Assembly (NCBI RefSeq): GCF_001194135.2
Contig: NC_068987.1
Location: 95,387,191 to 95,450,495 of the forward strand
Reading direction: 5' to 3'
DNA length: 63,305 nt
DNA from: Octopus bimaculoides
Taxonomy: Eukaryota
Shown here: positions 12,621 through 23,659 of the stretch, piece by piece
Numbering within the stretch: the stretch's first letter is position 1
Layout of the letters: each line of letters opens with the position of its first letter
Position numbers and translations under genes: made by a program
The notes under the pieces: model-generated
What the model was told of the DNA's origin: nothing
Databases searched by the model: none
Seen by the model: the letters and a program-made list of their open reading frames with translations, nothing else

Positions 12621-13340
12621 NNNNNNNNNNNNNNNNNNNNNNNNNNNNNNNNNNNNNNNNNNNNNNNNNNNNNNNNNNNNNNNNNNNNNNNNNNNNNNNN
12701 NNNNNNNNNNNNNNNNNNNNNNNNNNNNNNNNNNNNNNNNNNNNNNNNNNNNNNNNNNNNNNNNNNNNNNNNNNNNNNNNNNNNNNNNNNNNNNNNNNNN
12801 NNNNNNNNNNNNNNNNNNNNNNNNNNNNNNNNNNNNNNNNNNNNNNNNNNNNNNNNNNNNNNNNNNNNNNNNNNNNNNNNNNNNNNNNNNNNNNNNNNNN
12901 NNNNNNNNNNNNNNNNNNNNNNNNNNNNNNNNNNNNNNNNNNNNNNNNNNNNNNNNNNNNNNNNNNNNNNNNNNNNNNNNNNNNNNNNNNNNNNNNNNNN
13001 NNNNNNNNNNNNNNNNNNNNNNNNNNNNNNNNNNNNNNNNNNNNNNNNNNNNNNNNNNNNNNNNNNNNNNNNNNNNNNNNNNNNNNNNNNNNNNNNNNNN
13101 NNNNNNNNNNNNNNNNNNNNNNNNNNNNNNNNNNNNNNNNNNNNNNNNNNNNNNNNNNNNNNNNNNNNNNNNNNNNNNNNNNNNNNNNNNNNNNNNNNNN
13201 NNNNNNNNNNNNNNNNNNNNNNNNNNNNNNNNNNNNNNNNNNNNNNNNNNNNNNNNNNNNNNNNNNNNNNNNNNNNNNNNNNNNNNNNNNNNNNNNNNNN
13301 NNNNNNNNNNNNNNNNNNNNNNNNNTATATATACATATAT

Positions 13341-13678
13341 AACTTTGATAACTTTGATAGGTTTCGGCCAGTATAAACCCAGGCCTTGTCTAACTTAATA
13401 GCACCACAGCACCACCTGGTAAAGTCTTTTAGTCATATATGGGCCACCATGGCCCACGCTAACAAAGAGTTATTATTGTTGTTGACATAACCAGATGTCG
13501 GAGGTTGGTCCGGGATTTTATGAAGAAATTTGTCCAGTGAACGTTTGAATTTTATGAGATCCCTTTTCATTTTAACGTATTTTGGTATGGTATTAAAAAG
13601 AGCTGGACCGGTTGAGGTAAAGTAATTGTGACGTAATGTTGCTATGTATACCGAGTTGCTATGTATACCGGGTGGATA
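13341..13678 (-). mobile_element. CR1-clade LINE 3' end with (ATCAAAGTT)2 tail
   Basis: Minus strand reads TLRHNYFTSTGPALFNTIPKYV...FKRSLDKFLHKIPDQPPTSGY...NSL, similar to the CR1 C-terminus at 46550-46740. Tandem 9-bp tail at 13341-13358. Confidence 0.8.
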
Positions 13679-13870
13679 TCACGGGGGCCAAGATATGGAT
13701 GGATTTTAAAATTGATGCTGACATCATATTGATGGAATATTTCCATCATATTGATGGAATAACACAAATGATGTAGCGTTCCCGGCGGCTTTGTAGAGAG
13801 TAGAGATTGAATTTTATTTAGTCGACCCTAATAATCAATGCCTCTCATGCCATCTATCCTTCTTGTTATT

Positions 13871-13907
<37 letters not shown>

Positions 13908-14631
13908 CGCGCGTAGTCAACGCTTTACCTTCTATTTTATCAATTTAGCAACGAGGGGTGCTGCCCTCCACTCTGATCCTGAGAGTTATCTCATCTGTTG
14001 TAATTCTTTCTGTTATTTTCTCGAGGACTTCCGGGGCTACTTGAACCGCCATATTCAGGGTTTGCCCTACCAATTTCTGTGGGCAGTGCTAATGGCTTGG
14101 AGGACCGTTATTTTATCCTCAAAGCCCGCCAGTATCGCTGCCACCTGCGAAGTATATACTTGTAGTTTTCTATCTCGTCCATATTGACTTCCTTGTTGTG
14201 GCTTTTGACCACCGCCGCAAAATTCCTTCTGTTTTTTCCTTTTCTTTGTCGATTTCATCAAGAGCCAAGAGTAACTCGTCTTCGGATGAACTCAACGTTT
14301 TGTATTCCATCATCTTTTTAAGGTATTGTGTCATCCCTTTCAAGTAAGGGGGAACACGTCAACAAAACTGCCGTAAGGCAGCAAAAACAGGCGTTAACCA
14401 ATGAAACAATTAACAACAATAACCACTTTTCAGTAAACCGTCACTAACCTTTGGTACACCACGCCAGAATAAGAGCTAAAATTACATGCTTAAATAAATT
14501 GTGAAGCTATAGATAATAGTGTTTTAAGATGAATCCAAATACTTAAAGGGTGACGAGGTTGAAATTATAAACTAATTATTTTTAGAAATAATTTATGAAA
14601 CATTTATGAAATTTGATACTATACACACACA

Positions 14632-14667
<36 letters not shown>

Positions 14668-14752
14668 CTCACACACACACACATACGCACACACAAACAC
14701 TCACACACACACACACACACACGCCCATTTAATGCATACATACATAGGCTGC

Positions 14753-14918
14753 ACACCTTCCTTACAAACTCTGCTGTAAACGGCGGAAGTAAGCTCGAAC
14801 GTTAAATCGTTGTGTGCATGCAGAGCAGAGTCGAGTTCAATCTGTGCCAAGCGGCTTTACTCTGCGTGCTAGTTACGTTGCTATGGCAACAGTCCGAATA
14901 CTTATTGATCAGACCACG
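14753..14918. mobile_element. Non-autonomous DNA element end, mariner-like terminal repeat
   Basis: Homologous to about 61512-61640 (CACACCTTCCTT...CTGCTGTAAAC.GCGGAAGT.AGCT.GAACGTTAAA). Ends GTCCGAATACTTATTGATCAGACCACG, resembling mariner-type TIRs. Confidence 0.5.
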
Positions 14919-15047
14919 CATATATATTTAAATATATATATTGTTGTATTTCGGGATGTTATTTTTTTCTTTTGCCAAATAAATTCATGCACTATATATT
15001 CAATTCTTCACTCGTTTATTGCTGTTCTTATTCTAACTCATGTTCAT

Positions 15048-15092
15048 TGTCCGGAAATCTTTCGTCACACATTTGTGACCTCTTCAGAGACA
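15048..15092 (-). ncRNA. Type I minimal hammerhead ribozyme (left arm of inverted repeat)
   Basis: Minus: TGTCT CTGAAGA G GTCAC aaatgt GTGAC GAAAG at TTC C GGACA. Intact core, 5-bp stem II, 2-bp stem III, stem I TGTCT/GGACA with one unpaired C. Confidence 0.72.
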
Positions 15093-16126
15093 CTTTCTGT
15101 CTTCATGTATGCCCTTGTTCCACTTATTTTACTTTGTTCTTCTAGGATGTGTATTCTTATATGAGCACGCATTTGCCTCCGTGTTTTTGTGTGTGTGTAC
15201 ATGTATCTGTACATGCGTGTGTTTATGTATGTTTGTCATTGTTGTTAACAGCTCTACGACCTTCCCCTCAGCCCCAACCCATCCCCTGCTGTCACTGTTA
15301 CTGTCCTAGGACCCGGAATTTGGCACAGTTCCTGCATCTCTCTGTGGTTGTGCGTTCACCCGCGCTGCTGCTATCGTAGTTGTTGTTATTATTGTCGTTA
15401 TAGCCCTAGTAGATACTGCTATTGCTGTTGTTATTCGTGTTCTTGATATTATTGCGGACGTCTGCTTGTGTCTGTACATGGCTTCGCTACCTCTGTTGTT
15501 TGTATCCGTGCCTTCTATAAAGATTTTTAATTTATTTATTTAATTTTTATTTATCTCTATTTCTTATATTTATCACAGATATGTGATAAATCTATCTATT
15601 CATTTATTTATCCATCTCTAATAACCGTGATGAATATAAGAAACAGGGATAGATAAAGCAAATATGAATAAATAAATAAATAAATAATCTATGTAAAGAG
15701 CATGGATACAAACAGCAAGCAAGCGAACTCACATACACGCACAAACACATTTCCAAGAACTTCACAGACTGCTGTAACAATATCAAGAACACGAATAACA
15801 ACGACAACAGCAACAGCAGTGACTATGATGGCAATAAAAACAACAACAGCAACAACAACCACGATGGTAGCTGTGTGGGTGAACACACAAACACAGAGAG
15901 ATACAGGAACTGTACCAAATGTTGGGACCTAGGAGAGGAGCAGTGACAACAAGGGTTGAAGGGAAGGTCGTAGAGCTATTAAGAACAATGACACACACAC
16001 ACGCAAATGCATACACACACATACACTAAACACAAACACCGACGCAAATGCATGAGCATAAAAGAATACATATCATAGAAGAACAGAATGAAATAAGTGG
16101 AGCAAGAGCACACACGAAGACGGAGA

Positions 16127-16172
16127 GTTATGCTGAAGAGGTCACAAGTGTGTGACGAAAGATTTCCTGACA
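16127..16172 (+). ncRNA. Type I minimal hammerhead ribozyme (right arm), stem I damaged
   Basis: Plus: GTTATG CTGAAGA G GTCAC aagtgt GTGAC GAAAG at TTC CTGACA. Core and stem II intact; stem I pairs only with a bulge. Confidence 0.62.
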
Positions 16173-16218
16173 TTGAGTTAAAATAAGAACAGTAATAAAC
16201 GGATATATAGTGCGAATG

Positions 16219-16527
16219 TTGTCAAGCGATGGTGGTTGTCAAGCGATGGTATTTGTCAAGCGATGGTGGTTGTCAAGCGATGGTGGTTGTCAAGCGATGG
16301 TGGGAGGGGGACAAACACAGACACACAAATACACATACACACACACACACATACATATATATTTACGACAAGCTTCTTCCAGTTTCCGTCTACCAAATCC
16401 ACTCACAAGTCTTTGGGCGGCCCGAGGCTATAGTAGAAGACACTTGCCCAAGGTGTCACGCAGTGGGACTGAACATTGAACCATGTGGCTGATAAGCAAG
16501 CTACTCACTACAGTCACGCCTGCGCCT
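16219..16527 (-). mobile_element. SINE family 2 with five tandem copies of a 17-bp unit
   Basis: Minus-strand head AGGCGCAGGCGTGACTGTAGTGAG...GTTCAGTCCCACTGCGTG, internal (CA)n, and TTGTCAAGCGATGGTGG x5 at 16219-16303. Confidence 0.88.
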
Positions 16528-16531
16528 GTGA

Positions 16532-16801
16532 AAGCCTAGTATCAGCTTTTTTGCCGAACCACTAAGTAAACACACCAGTATTGTTGTCAAGTGATGGTAG
16601 GGCGGGGACAAACACAGGCACACAAACATATGCATATATGATGGGCTTCTTTCAGTTTCCTTCTACCAAATCCACTCAAAGGACTTTGATCGACTCGAGG
16701 CTATAGTAGAAGACACTTGCCAAAGTGCCATGCAGTGGAACTGAACCTGAAACCATGTGGTTGGGAAGCAAGATTCTTACCACTCAGCCACGCCTGCACC
16801 T
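16532..16801 (-). mobile_element. SINE family 2, second tandem copy
   Basis: Homologous to 16219-16527 and 48136-48517. A-box-like TGGCTGAGTGG and B-box-like GGTTCAGTTCC on the minus strand. Confidence 0.88.
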
Positions 16802-17839
16802 ATATATATATATATNNNNNNNNNNNNNNNNNNNNNNNNNNNNNNNNNNNNNNNNNNNNNNNNNNNNNNNNNNNNNNNNNNNNNNNNNNNNNNNNNNNNN
16901 NNNNNNNNNNNNNNNNNNNNNNNNNNNNNNNNNNNNNNNNNNNNNNNNNNNNNNNNNNNNNNNNNNNNNNNNNNNNNNNNNNNNNNNNNNNNNNNNNNNN
17001 NNNNNNNNNNNNNNNNNNNNNNNNNNNNNNNNNNNNNNNNNNNNNNNNNNNNNNNNNNNNNNNNNNNNNNNNNNNNNNNNNNNNNNNNNNNNNNNNNNNN
17101 NNNNNNNNNNNNNNNNNNNNNNNNNNNNNNNNTATATATATATATATATTCTGGGCTTCCATATAGTTTCCTCCAGCTAAATTTCATTCAGTAAGTATTG
17201 ATTGACCCGAAACCGCGATTTATGTTAACTTTCACGGGTTTCAAGGATTACAATGAGAAATATTCTCACATCGCAGGAATTTGAGGAACAAGATCAAAAG
17301 TATGATCAAAACTGCAGTTATCTTCGTTGTCAAGCATTTTACTCCAGACTCTCATAAATCAAGACACATCAAGGCCAAATATAAGTCAATTTATCTCAAA
17401 GATAACGACAGAGCTTCAAAGTTACAGGGGAAAACAGAAATGGTTAAGACAAGAATGCAATGTACACCTCACCAGTCCCTACTTAAGTCAGCCATTATAG
17501 ATTTCTTTCTATGAAATGGTTCAAGCAACCAAGAATTTTAGAAGTTGTTATCTGAAATACTAAACGCCCATTAAAACATCAAACCACAGTAAAACGCGTA
17601 TCAGTATTCGTTTTGTTATTGTTGTTGGCGTTGACATGATTAAGGGTGGAGTATAGCTAGGTTCTTGATATTGTTGATAGTTGTTAGTTTTGTTGATGTG
17701 GTTATTGAATTTCACATTGTTTTAAGCAAAGCTTCACTTTCCATTTCACCTCTGACATATTTGTATATTCTAACTGATAGGAATCAGAGCGTTCGGTTAT
17801 TGTGAATACATTTAATTCTTCTTTATTTGGAAATATCTT

Positions 17840-17968
17840 TGAGTCTCTTTATAATACTCTCACCTACCCTCTTTCTTTCCCACTCCCTCACTCCCTCACT
17901 CTCTCTCTCTCTCTCTCTCACCCTCTCACACACACACTCACTCTCTCTCTCTCTCTCACCCTCTCACA

Positions 17969-18003
<35 letters not shown>

Positions 18004-18160
18004 TCTCACACACACACNNNNNNNNNNCTTTCTCTCTCACACACACTCTCTCTCACACACTCTCTCTCACACACTCTCTCTCACACACTCTCTCTTTCTC
18101 TTATCTCCCTCTCTCCTCCTCTCTTTCTTTTATCTCCCTTCCCCTCTCTCTCTCTCTCTT
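17840..18160. repeat. Compound (CT)n/(CA)n low-complexity tract
   Basis: Direct reading; includes a 10-N gap. Confidence 0.95.
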
Positions 18161-18448
18161 TGAACATACGTACGTACGAACAAACGCACAACCACAGACC
18201 TCACAAACGTAGACAGTAGACATAAATATACATAGATTTCGTTTTCGAGGGACAGGAAACTGAATAGAGCACATTTCACTGTACGATACTGTTGATCTAT
18301 TATTACAGCTAATTGGTGTTTCTTATTCGATACGTTCATTCAGCTGACGATCACTTTGTGCCACTCACCTGATCAAATTTCTGAAGGGCCAGAATAATTT
18401 ACTTACGTTGCTATAAAAACATACACACACACTCACTCACATGCAGGC

Positions 18449-18507
<59 letters not shown>

Positions 18508-18844
18508 TGCCTTGTATAAGATTTAAGACATTGAGGAGAATCTTTCCTGACACTAGAGACAGAAATAAAAATGAAAAACGTGAACCGTTTTTTTGTTGTT
18601 TTTTTTTTTGCTTTGCACGTGTCGCTTACACGATATTTTTCGGAAACATAATGAAGAGCCTTTTCCTCATAACTTTCATACATTTGTAGTATATTGTCAA
18701 CTTAATGTGACAATCCCAATAAGGGAATACACTACTGCCGTTTAGCCCTAGGAAGCTGGACCGCTTCCTGTCGGCCTTGACACAATTACTGTGTCCTTAA
18801 GTTTGCGAGGGGGAGACAAGCTCCTCCACCCAGCCTAGCCAGCA

Positions 18845-18887
18845 TTCAGGGACATGTTTCTGAGTCTTTGCTCGTCATCAGCCTGAA
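18845..18887 (-). ncRNA. Type I minimal hammerhead ribozyme
   Basis: Minus: TTCAGG CTGATGA C GAG caaaga CTC A GAAAC at GTC CCTGAA. Perfect 6-bp stem I, canonical core, GUC cleavage triplet, palindromic ACATGT stem III, C.A mismatch at the base of stem II. Confidence 0.78.
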
Positions 18888-19280
18888 GTAGCCTGCCAGC
18901 TGGTTGAAGAAGTTTGTCTAGCTCTCGCAACATATATAATCATAGTGAAGTTTATTCACTGATTAGCAAAATTAGAAATATCATATTTCTAAATCTCTCA
19001 GAGAGATTTAAGCAGTAGTGGTGCGATAAAGTTGTAGTACATTTAATATCTTGAAATTATTTATATTTCAATAATTCAACAACAAGTAATTTAACAGAAA
19101 ACATTGCTAGAGTATTGAAACTCTCAGCCTTTCAGATATAAGTTATTAAAGAATACTCTACATTTACATGTAGTAAATAGCATCTTGCTGAATCAATTGA
19201 AATTTATGTAGGTGTATATATGACTGTGAGTGTGTGTATGTGTGTATGTGTGCATGTGTGTGTGTATGTGTGTATGTATG

Positions 19281-19560
19281 TAAGCCGTCTAAAAGTTCAT
19301 AAATCAGGATAAAATGCACTCGTACATCTGTCAGAGTTGAGTGTACAGTATTGTATATCCATTACGGATGATCTTACAAATCGGTTTCGCACTAAGGGTT
19401 CAACGGAGTGTTAGGTAACAGGCCGATTATGTAACCCTGCACTCTTCAGGAGTAGCCGCTATGGAATGAAATATGGCGATTGCTCTCTATTGCTGAAGAT
19501 GAACAGAGACATCTGTTTTGTGACTACCGTGCAAAAAAACGATGAAACGAACTGAGCAGG
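19281..19560 (+). mobile_element. Possible mariner-type element 5' end
   Basis: Starts TAAGCCGTCTAAAAGTTC, resembling mariner TIRs; weak support only. Confidence 0.3.
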
Positions 19561-20039
19561 GGTTAAGTTAATAGTAATATCCCTTGGTACCAAAAACACC
19601 ATCTCTAGGGGGTGTTTCAAGTTAGCAAGCGTTTTCAAGAAGAGATTTTATGGAAAATGTGTGTATCTTTAAGTCTGGTATTCTTGTAGAAGTGAAATGT
19701 GTGTAGTGGTATTATATGCATAGCCTTTGCGGGGATGGGGAGCACATACATCTGTATTCGTTAGTGTGTTTTCTTTCTTTTATGTTTTGGCTAAATTGTT
19801 GGGGTATTTATATATGTATACGGTGTGTATAGGGGTACAATATGTGTGGAAGCTTATATGGGGGCATAGGAAAATGTCTATTGGGTGAACGCTCTTTGTG
19901 CTGGGGCCTGTGTGTTTGTGAGTGCGCTTGTGTATGTTCTGGCCAAACGCTTTGCCGGATTCCCAGGTATTAGTGGAGGGAGGGCCGAAGCTGGTGGGGC
20001 TGGTGATTGTAGTCACAATGGGGCACGCAGGTATAGGAT

Positions 20040-20478
20040 GTACTTCTTTTCATGTGGGCAAGGGTTAAAAATTTCACTTCTGCTGTCCAGTTAGAAACCT
20101 GGATGCTGGGAGCTCTTTAATATCACTCTTTTCTCAGCCAGGCATAATCTACTCTTCCTACTGTTAATGAAGTACGGTTTAAATTCCTCCACTTTATACT
20201 GTACTCTGTGAAGCTTTCTTTCAACGTCCATACGTGTTTGGTCAGGATTGTGACGTTACGTATCTCCGGTGTGTTGAAGGAAGACTTGTGGCTGTTATAG
20301 TGGGTTCTGAATGGGCCTTCATTTGCTTCCACGTACTTTCGCATGTTTGGTTGCTTGTTGCTGATACCTCTGCCTCGTATACGACGGTCTCCGTATTACA
20401 GAAACCGTTCGATGGACATGGTGTTGTGTTACTCCTGCATGAGATTCCTTGGTGTGGGCCTACCTACTAAAAACCACT
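20040..20478 (-). mobile_element. Penelope-like element, GIY-YIG endonuclease C-terminal remnant
   Basis: Across frameshifts the minus strand reads CRSNTTPCPSNGFCNTETVVYEAEV / KYVEANEGPFRTHYNSHKSSF...LTKHVWTLK...YSIKW / RLCLAEKRVI...LDSRSEIFNPCPH. This is the Cys-linker, GIY-YIG and LNxRSE-CxH layout of PLE proteins. Confidence 0.85.
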
Positions 20479-20539
20479 TTTTTTTTTTTGTATTGGGTGC
20501 TCATCTAAATGAAATTTTCAGGGTCTGTCTATTAAATAT

Positions 20540-21835
20540 TTTACTGAACATATTTGTATGACTGCTATTTTTGTATGACTATAGTAGCTAGATTCAATAA
20601 GAGGAATTCGAATCGCATAATTTACACAAATATTCCGTCAGCAATAAGGCCTGTTTCACACTCAGATAATATTCCTATATTTTTGCCACCTGAGACATGG
20701 GAAATTCCATCAGGGTCTGATACTGGTGATACTAATGCGATAGAAGTCGTCTGTGAACCACCAACAAATGACGATCGCAATCTCTTCAACCAAGTTGAGC
20801 TCAGTGACTCGGTGAGAGACCTTTAACTTTCCAAGAGAAAGTGCTCAGTTACGTTACTTGGCTCTAGACTGAAAGAACACAGGCTTCTAGCTTCTGGAAC
20901 ATTACCTTGGTATCGTCATCGTGAAGAGGAATTCACTCAGATATTTAAGAAACAGGATTCTTTAGTTTCCAGTTCAAAAATTTTTGGCCTTATTGAACAC
21001 ATGGGAATGTCGTACAGAGCAGTGAATGGAAGCTCTTCGTTGATTCTTCTAACAGAAGTTTAAAGGCTGTTCTTCTCTACAATGGCAACGCGGTTGCATC
21101 TGTACCAATTGGCCGTAGTGTCCAAATGTCAGAATCATATGAAAATACGAAGACACTAAGAACTGCCATCAAGCACCATCATAACAATTTTCTCATTTGT
21201 GGTGATTTAAACGTAATTGCTCTCTTACTAGATCTCCAAGGGTGATACACCAAGTATCCATCTTATCTTCGTCTCTGGGATAGTAGGGCAGATAGCCAGC
21301 ACTTTGAACAGAAAGACTGGCCACCAATAACCAGCTCCTTACCCGGAAACCACAAAGTGATAGCTGTGCCACGAGTTGATCTAAAACAATTCTGCTACCA
21401 CCATTCCACATCAAATTAGAGCCTATGAAAACTTTTGTGAAGACCCTGAACAAGAATGGAGCTGCCTTCAAGTATTTAGAGTCAAAGCTTTTTCGTATAA
21501 GTGAAGGTGAGCTAACGGCAGGAATCTTTGTTGGTCCTCAGATTCGGGAATGGATGGAAGTCAAGCAATTTGAGGAAGCATTCGCAGGTGTCGAGGTGAA
21601 TGCCTGGTTTTTATTCAAACGTCTTGGGAAACAGGCGCTCCCCAGAATATGAAAAAATAATCCAAGACCTGATTCAAGGTTCCAACAACTTGGGTCTAGA
21701 ATGAGTGTCACAAATGCACTTTTTGCACTCACATCGTGACTATTTTCCTATGAATTATGGGGACTACAGTGAGGAACAAGGAGAGCGATTCGATCAAGAT
21801 ATTTGTGCCATGGAAACTCGATAGCAACTGCACAT
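20540..21835 (+). mobile_element. Chapaev3-type (CMC superfamily) DNA transposase pseudogene
   Basis: Motifs DCYFCMT...IPSAIRPVSHS, FNQVEL.D.VRDL, EWKLFVDSSNRSLKAVLL.NGN, ICGDLNV, PPFHIKL, GIFVGPQIR, MHFLHSH.DYFP.NYG.YSEEQGERF.QDI, with multiple stops and frameshifts. Family name from motif recognition only. Confidence 0.8.
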
Positions 21836-22238
21836 CCCTTGATAAGTTGCTTCGGTTGCGACATGTTTTTGTTATTGATGATGGTATTGATGGCAGTTTT
21901 CCCTGGTAAGTTTTCATTGTTAGATGATGTGGTTGTTCGACATATTTTTGCTTCTTTGATTAAAGTTGCTTCCCTTCTCTGCAATGGATAACATGAGAGT
22001 TGATAAAACATTTTCAATGAAGAAGTTTTAAATAACAGCCATTCCTTTTCAATTATTTTGCTCATTAGCTTGCTAAATTGCTGCCGTGTAAAATGTTCTT
22101 AAAAATAATTTTTCGAAACGAATGTTCCGAAAGTTATTTTTGCCAGAAAGGAGCAAAAAGAAATCTCTTAACAATGTAAACAAAAACCATAGATTCTTTT
22201 AAAACTTACTAACAAAGTGAAGTATGTCTTGACAGATA

Positions 22239-22248
22239 AGTAGTAGTG

Positions 22249-22316
<68 letters not shown>
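22239..22316. repeat. (AGT)n microsatellite
   Basis: Direct reading. Confidence 0.97.
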
Positions 22317-22569
22317 TTCTTTAGAGTGACCCTAATGCGATATTTGCTAATCAGTATCTATGGAAATATTTCACTCCATTACCTTAATGTATTTCATAAA
22401 TGAAATATTACTGTTTTATTGGCAGAAAGAAGTCTTATGAAAACAGGGCTATTTTGTTGCCATATATTTACGCAAGTTGTTAATTGCGCAGAAAGACTGA
22501 TATATTCATTGCAGTGGGGTTTACATCAGAAGAGAAACTAGTGATGAGCGTAATAACGTAAGAGTAGCA

Positions 22570-22612
<43 letters not shown>

Positions 22613-22743
22613 GGATCTATTTTAAAACGGGGGCGCCAGTATTTTCTTAACGAAACACTAACGAAACACTTTGAAACTTGGGACACTGGTAGAATGTGTC
22701 ATATAAAACATCTTTTACTCTTAGTCTTCTTAACAAAAATAAG

Positions 22744-23120
22744 GAATTCGCAAGTTATTCCATGTTAAAGTTGTCGTATTTCTGTAATTTCAACCAATCA
22801 CTGACGTCTATTCAGCTCAATAGAGTTACTGCTGGGCGGTCATAAAAATGTTATTACCTGTGACATATTTCATCTGGTTTAATCGTAATTTATACGCATA
22901 TATTGTTTATATAATAAATTACGCTGTGCGTATCTATGTGTGTAACAATTTTAGAGTTCGGATTCTAGAATTAGGGTTAGTTTTAGGGTTAGGGTTAGGG
23001 TTAGGGGATTAATACGATATACACCGTTACAGCGCTAACTGTTTTCAACTGAATAGACGTCAGTGATTAGTAGAAATTATCGAAATAAGACAATTTTTTA
23101 CATGAAATAAATTCGAATAC
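22744..23120. mobile_element. MITE-like element with about 70-bp inverted repeats and an internal TTAGGG array
   Basis: 22744-22815 and 23049-23120 are imperfect reverse complements (core AATCACTGACGTCTATTCAG). TTAGGG repeats at about 22971-23006. Confidence 0.75.
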
Positions 23121-23659
23121 AAAAAATTTTTTCTGTTCTATAACACAAAATAGATAAGTATACGAAGTTTGAAAGTCTTTCGGTACCAAAAACACTACAT
23201 AAAACATAAATGAAAACTGGTGCCCCTGTTTTGAAATAGATCCCACGATTGTTTATATCGCTAACGGAGAGATAAATTCCCGCCAACTCGAGCGCCGAGC
23301 CCACCAGATCACGTGATTTCGACGTTCCTTGATCTCATTAATGACGGACGCTTGACCTCTTGAGATAGCAGCGACTCATCTCTCCGCCAGCAATATAGAA
23401 TACCAGTGCCAGGACAGTCGCTCGTGTCACGATTAGCTAGTGAGTTTTTTTTTAATATATATATATTATATATATATATTAGCAGAGGCAGTATCAACAC
23501 CGACAGGTAATAGTTATTCCCGCTTAATCCTGATGACGATGATGATGATGAGATGATGATGATGTTGATGACGACGACGACGACGATGACGATGATGATG
23601 GCAGTTGTGGTGTTGATGGTTTAGGCGGATTCAAATATTGGCACCAGACCAGCAAAATC

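Larger units (their letters stand above)
14989..16213. repeat. Large imperfect inverted repeat, arms of about 590 bp with a 46-bp spacer
   Basis: Left arm 14989-15578 and right arm 15625-16213 align as reverse complements, e.g. GCTCTACGACCTTCCC / GGGAAGGTCGTAGAGC and CGTGTTCTTGATATT / AATATCAAGAACACG. Confidence 0.92.

Noticed and set aside
13352-13395. Hammerhead-like GGCC...GGCC GAAAC on the minus strand
   Set aside because: The core reads TAGACAA, stems I and III do not form, and the motif is better explained as the 3' stem-loop of the CR1 remnant it lies in.
14000-14330. Coding-looking minus-strand stretch (MEYKTLSSSEDELLLALDEID...)
   Set aside because: Frameshifted with no recognisable domain; possibly an old LINE ORF1 but not assignable.
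16219-16303. CRISPR-like or regulatory array
   Set aside because: The units are directly adjacent with no spacers and derive from a SINE segment in a eukaryotic genome.
18972-19009. Two overlapping 9-bp-arm palindromes, and similar small hairpins at 6507-6546 and 44703-44726
   Set aside because: Real but short and within AT-rich repeats; no function can be supported.
22971-23006. True telomere or chromosome fusion site
   Set aside because: Only a few TTAGGG units, enclosed by inverted repeats of a small element.
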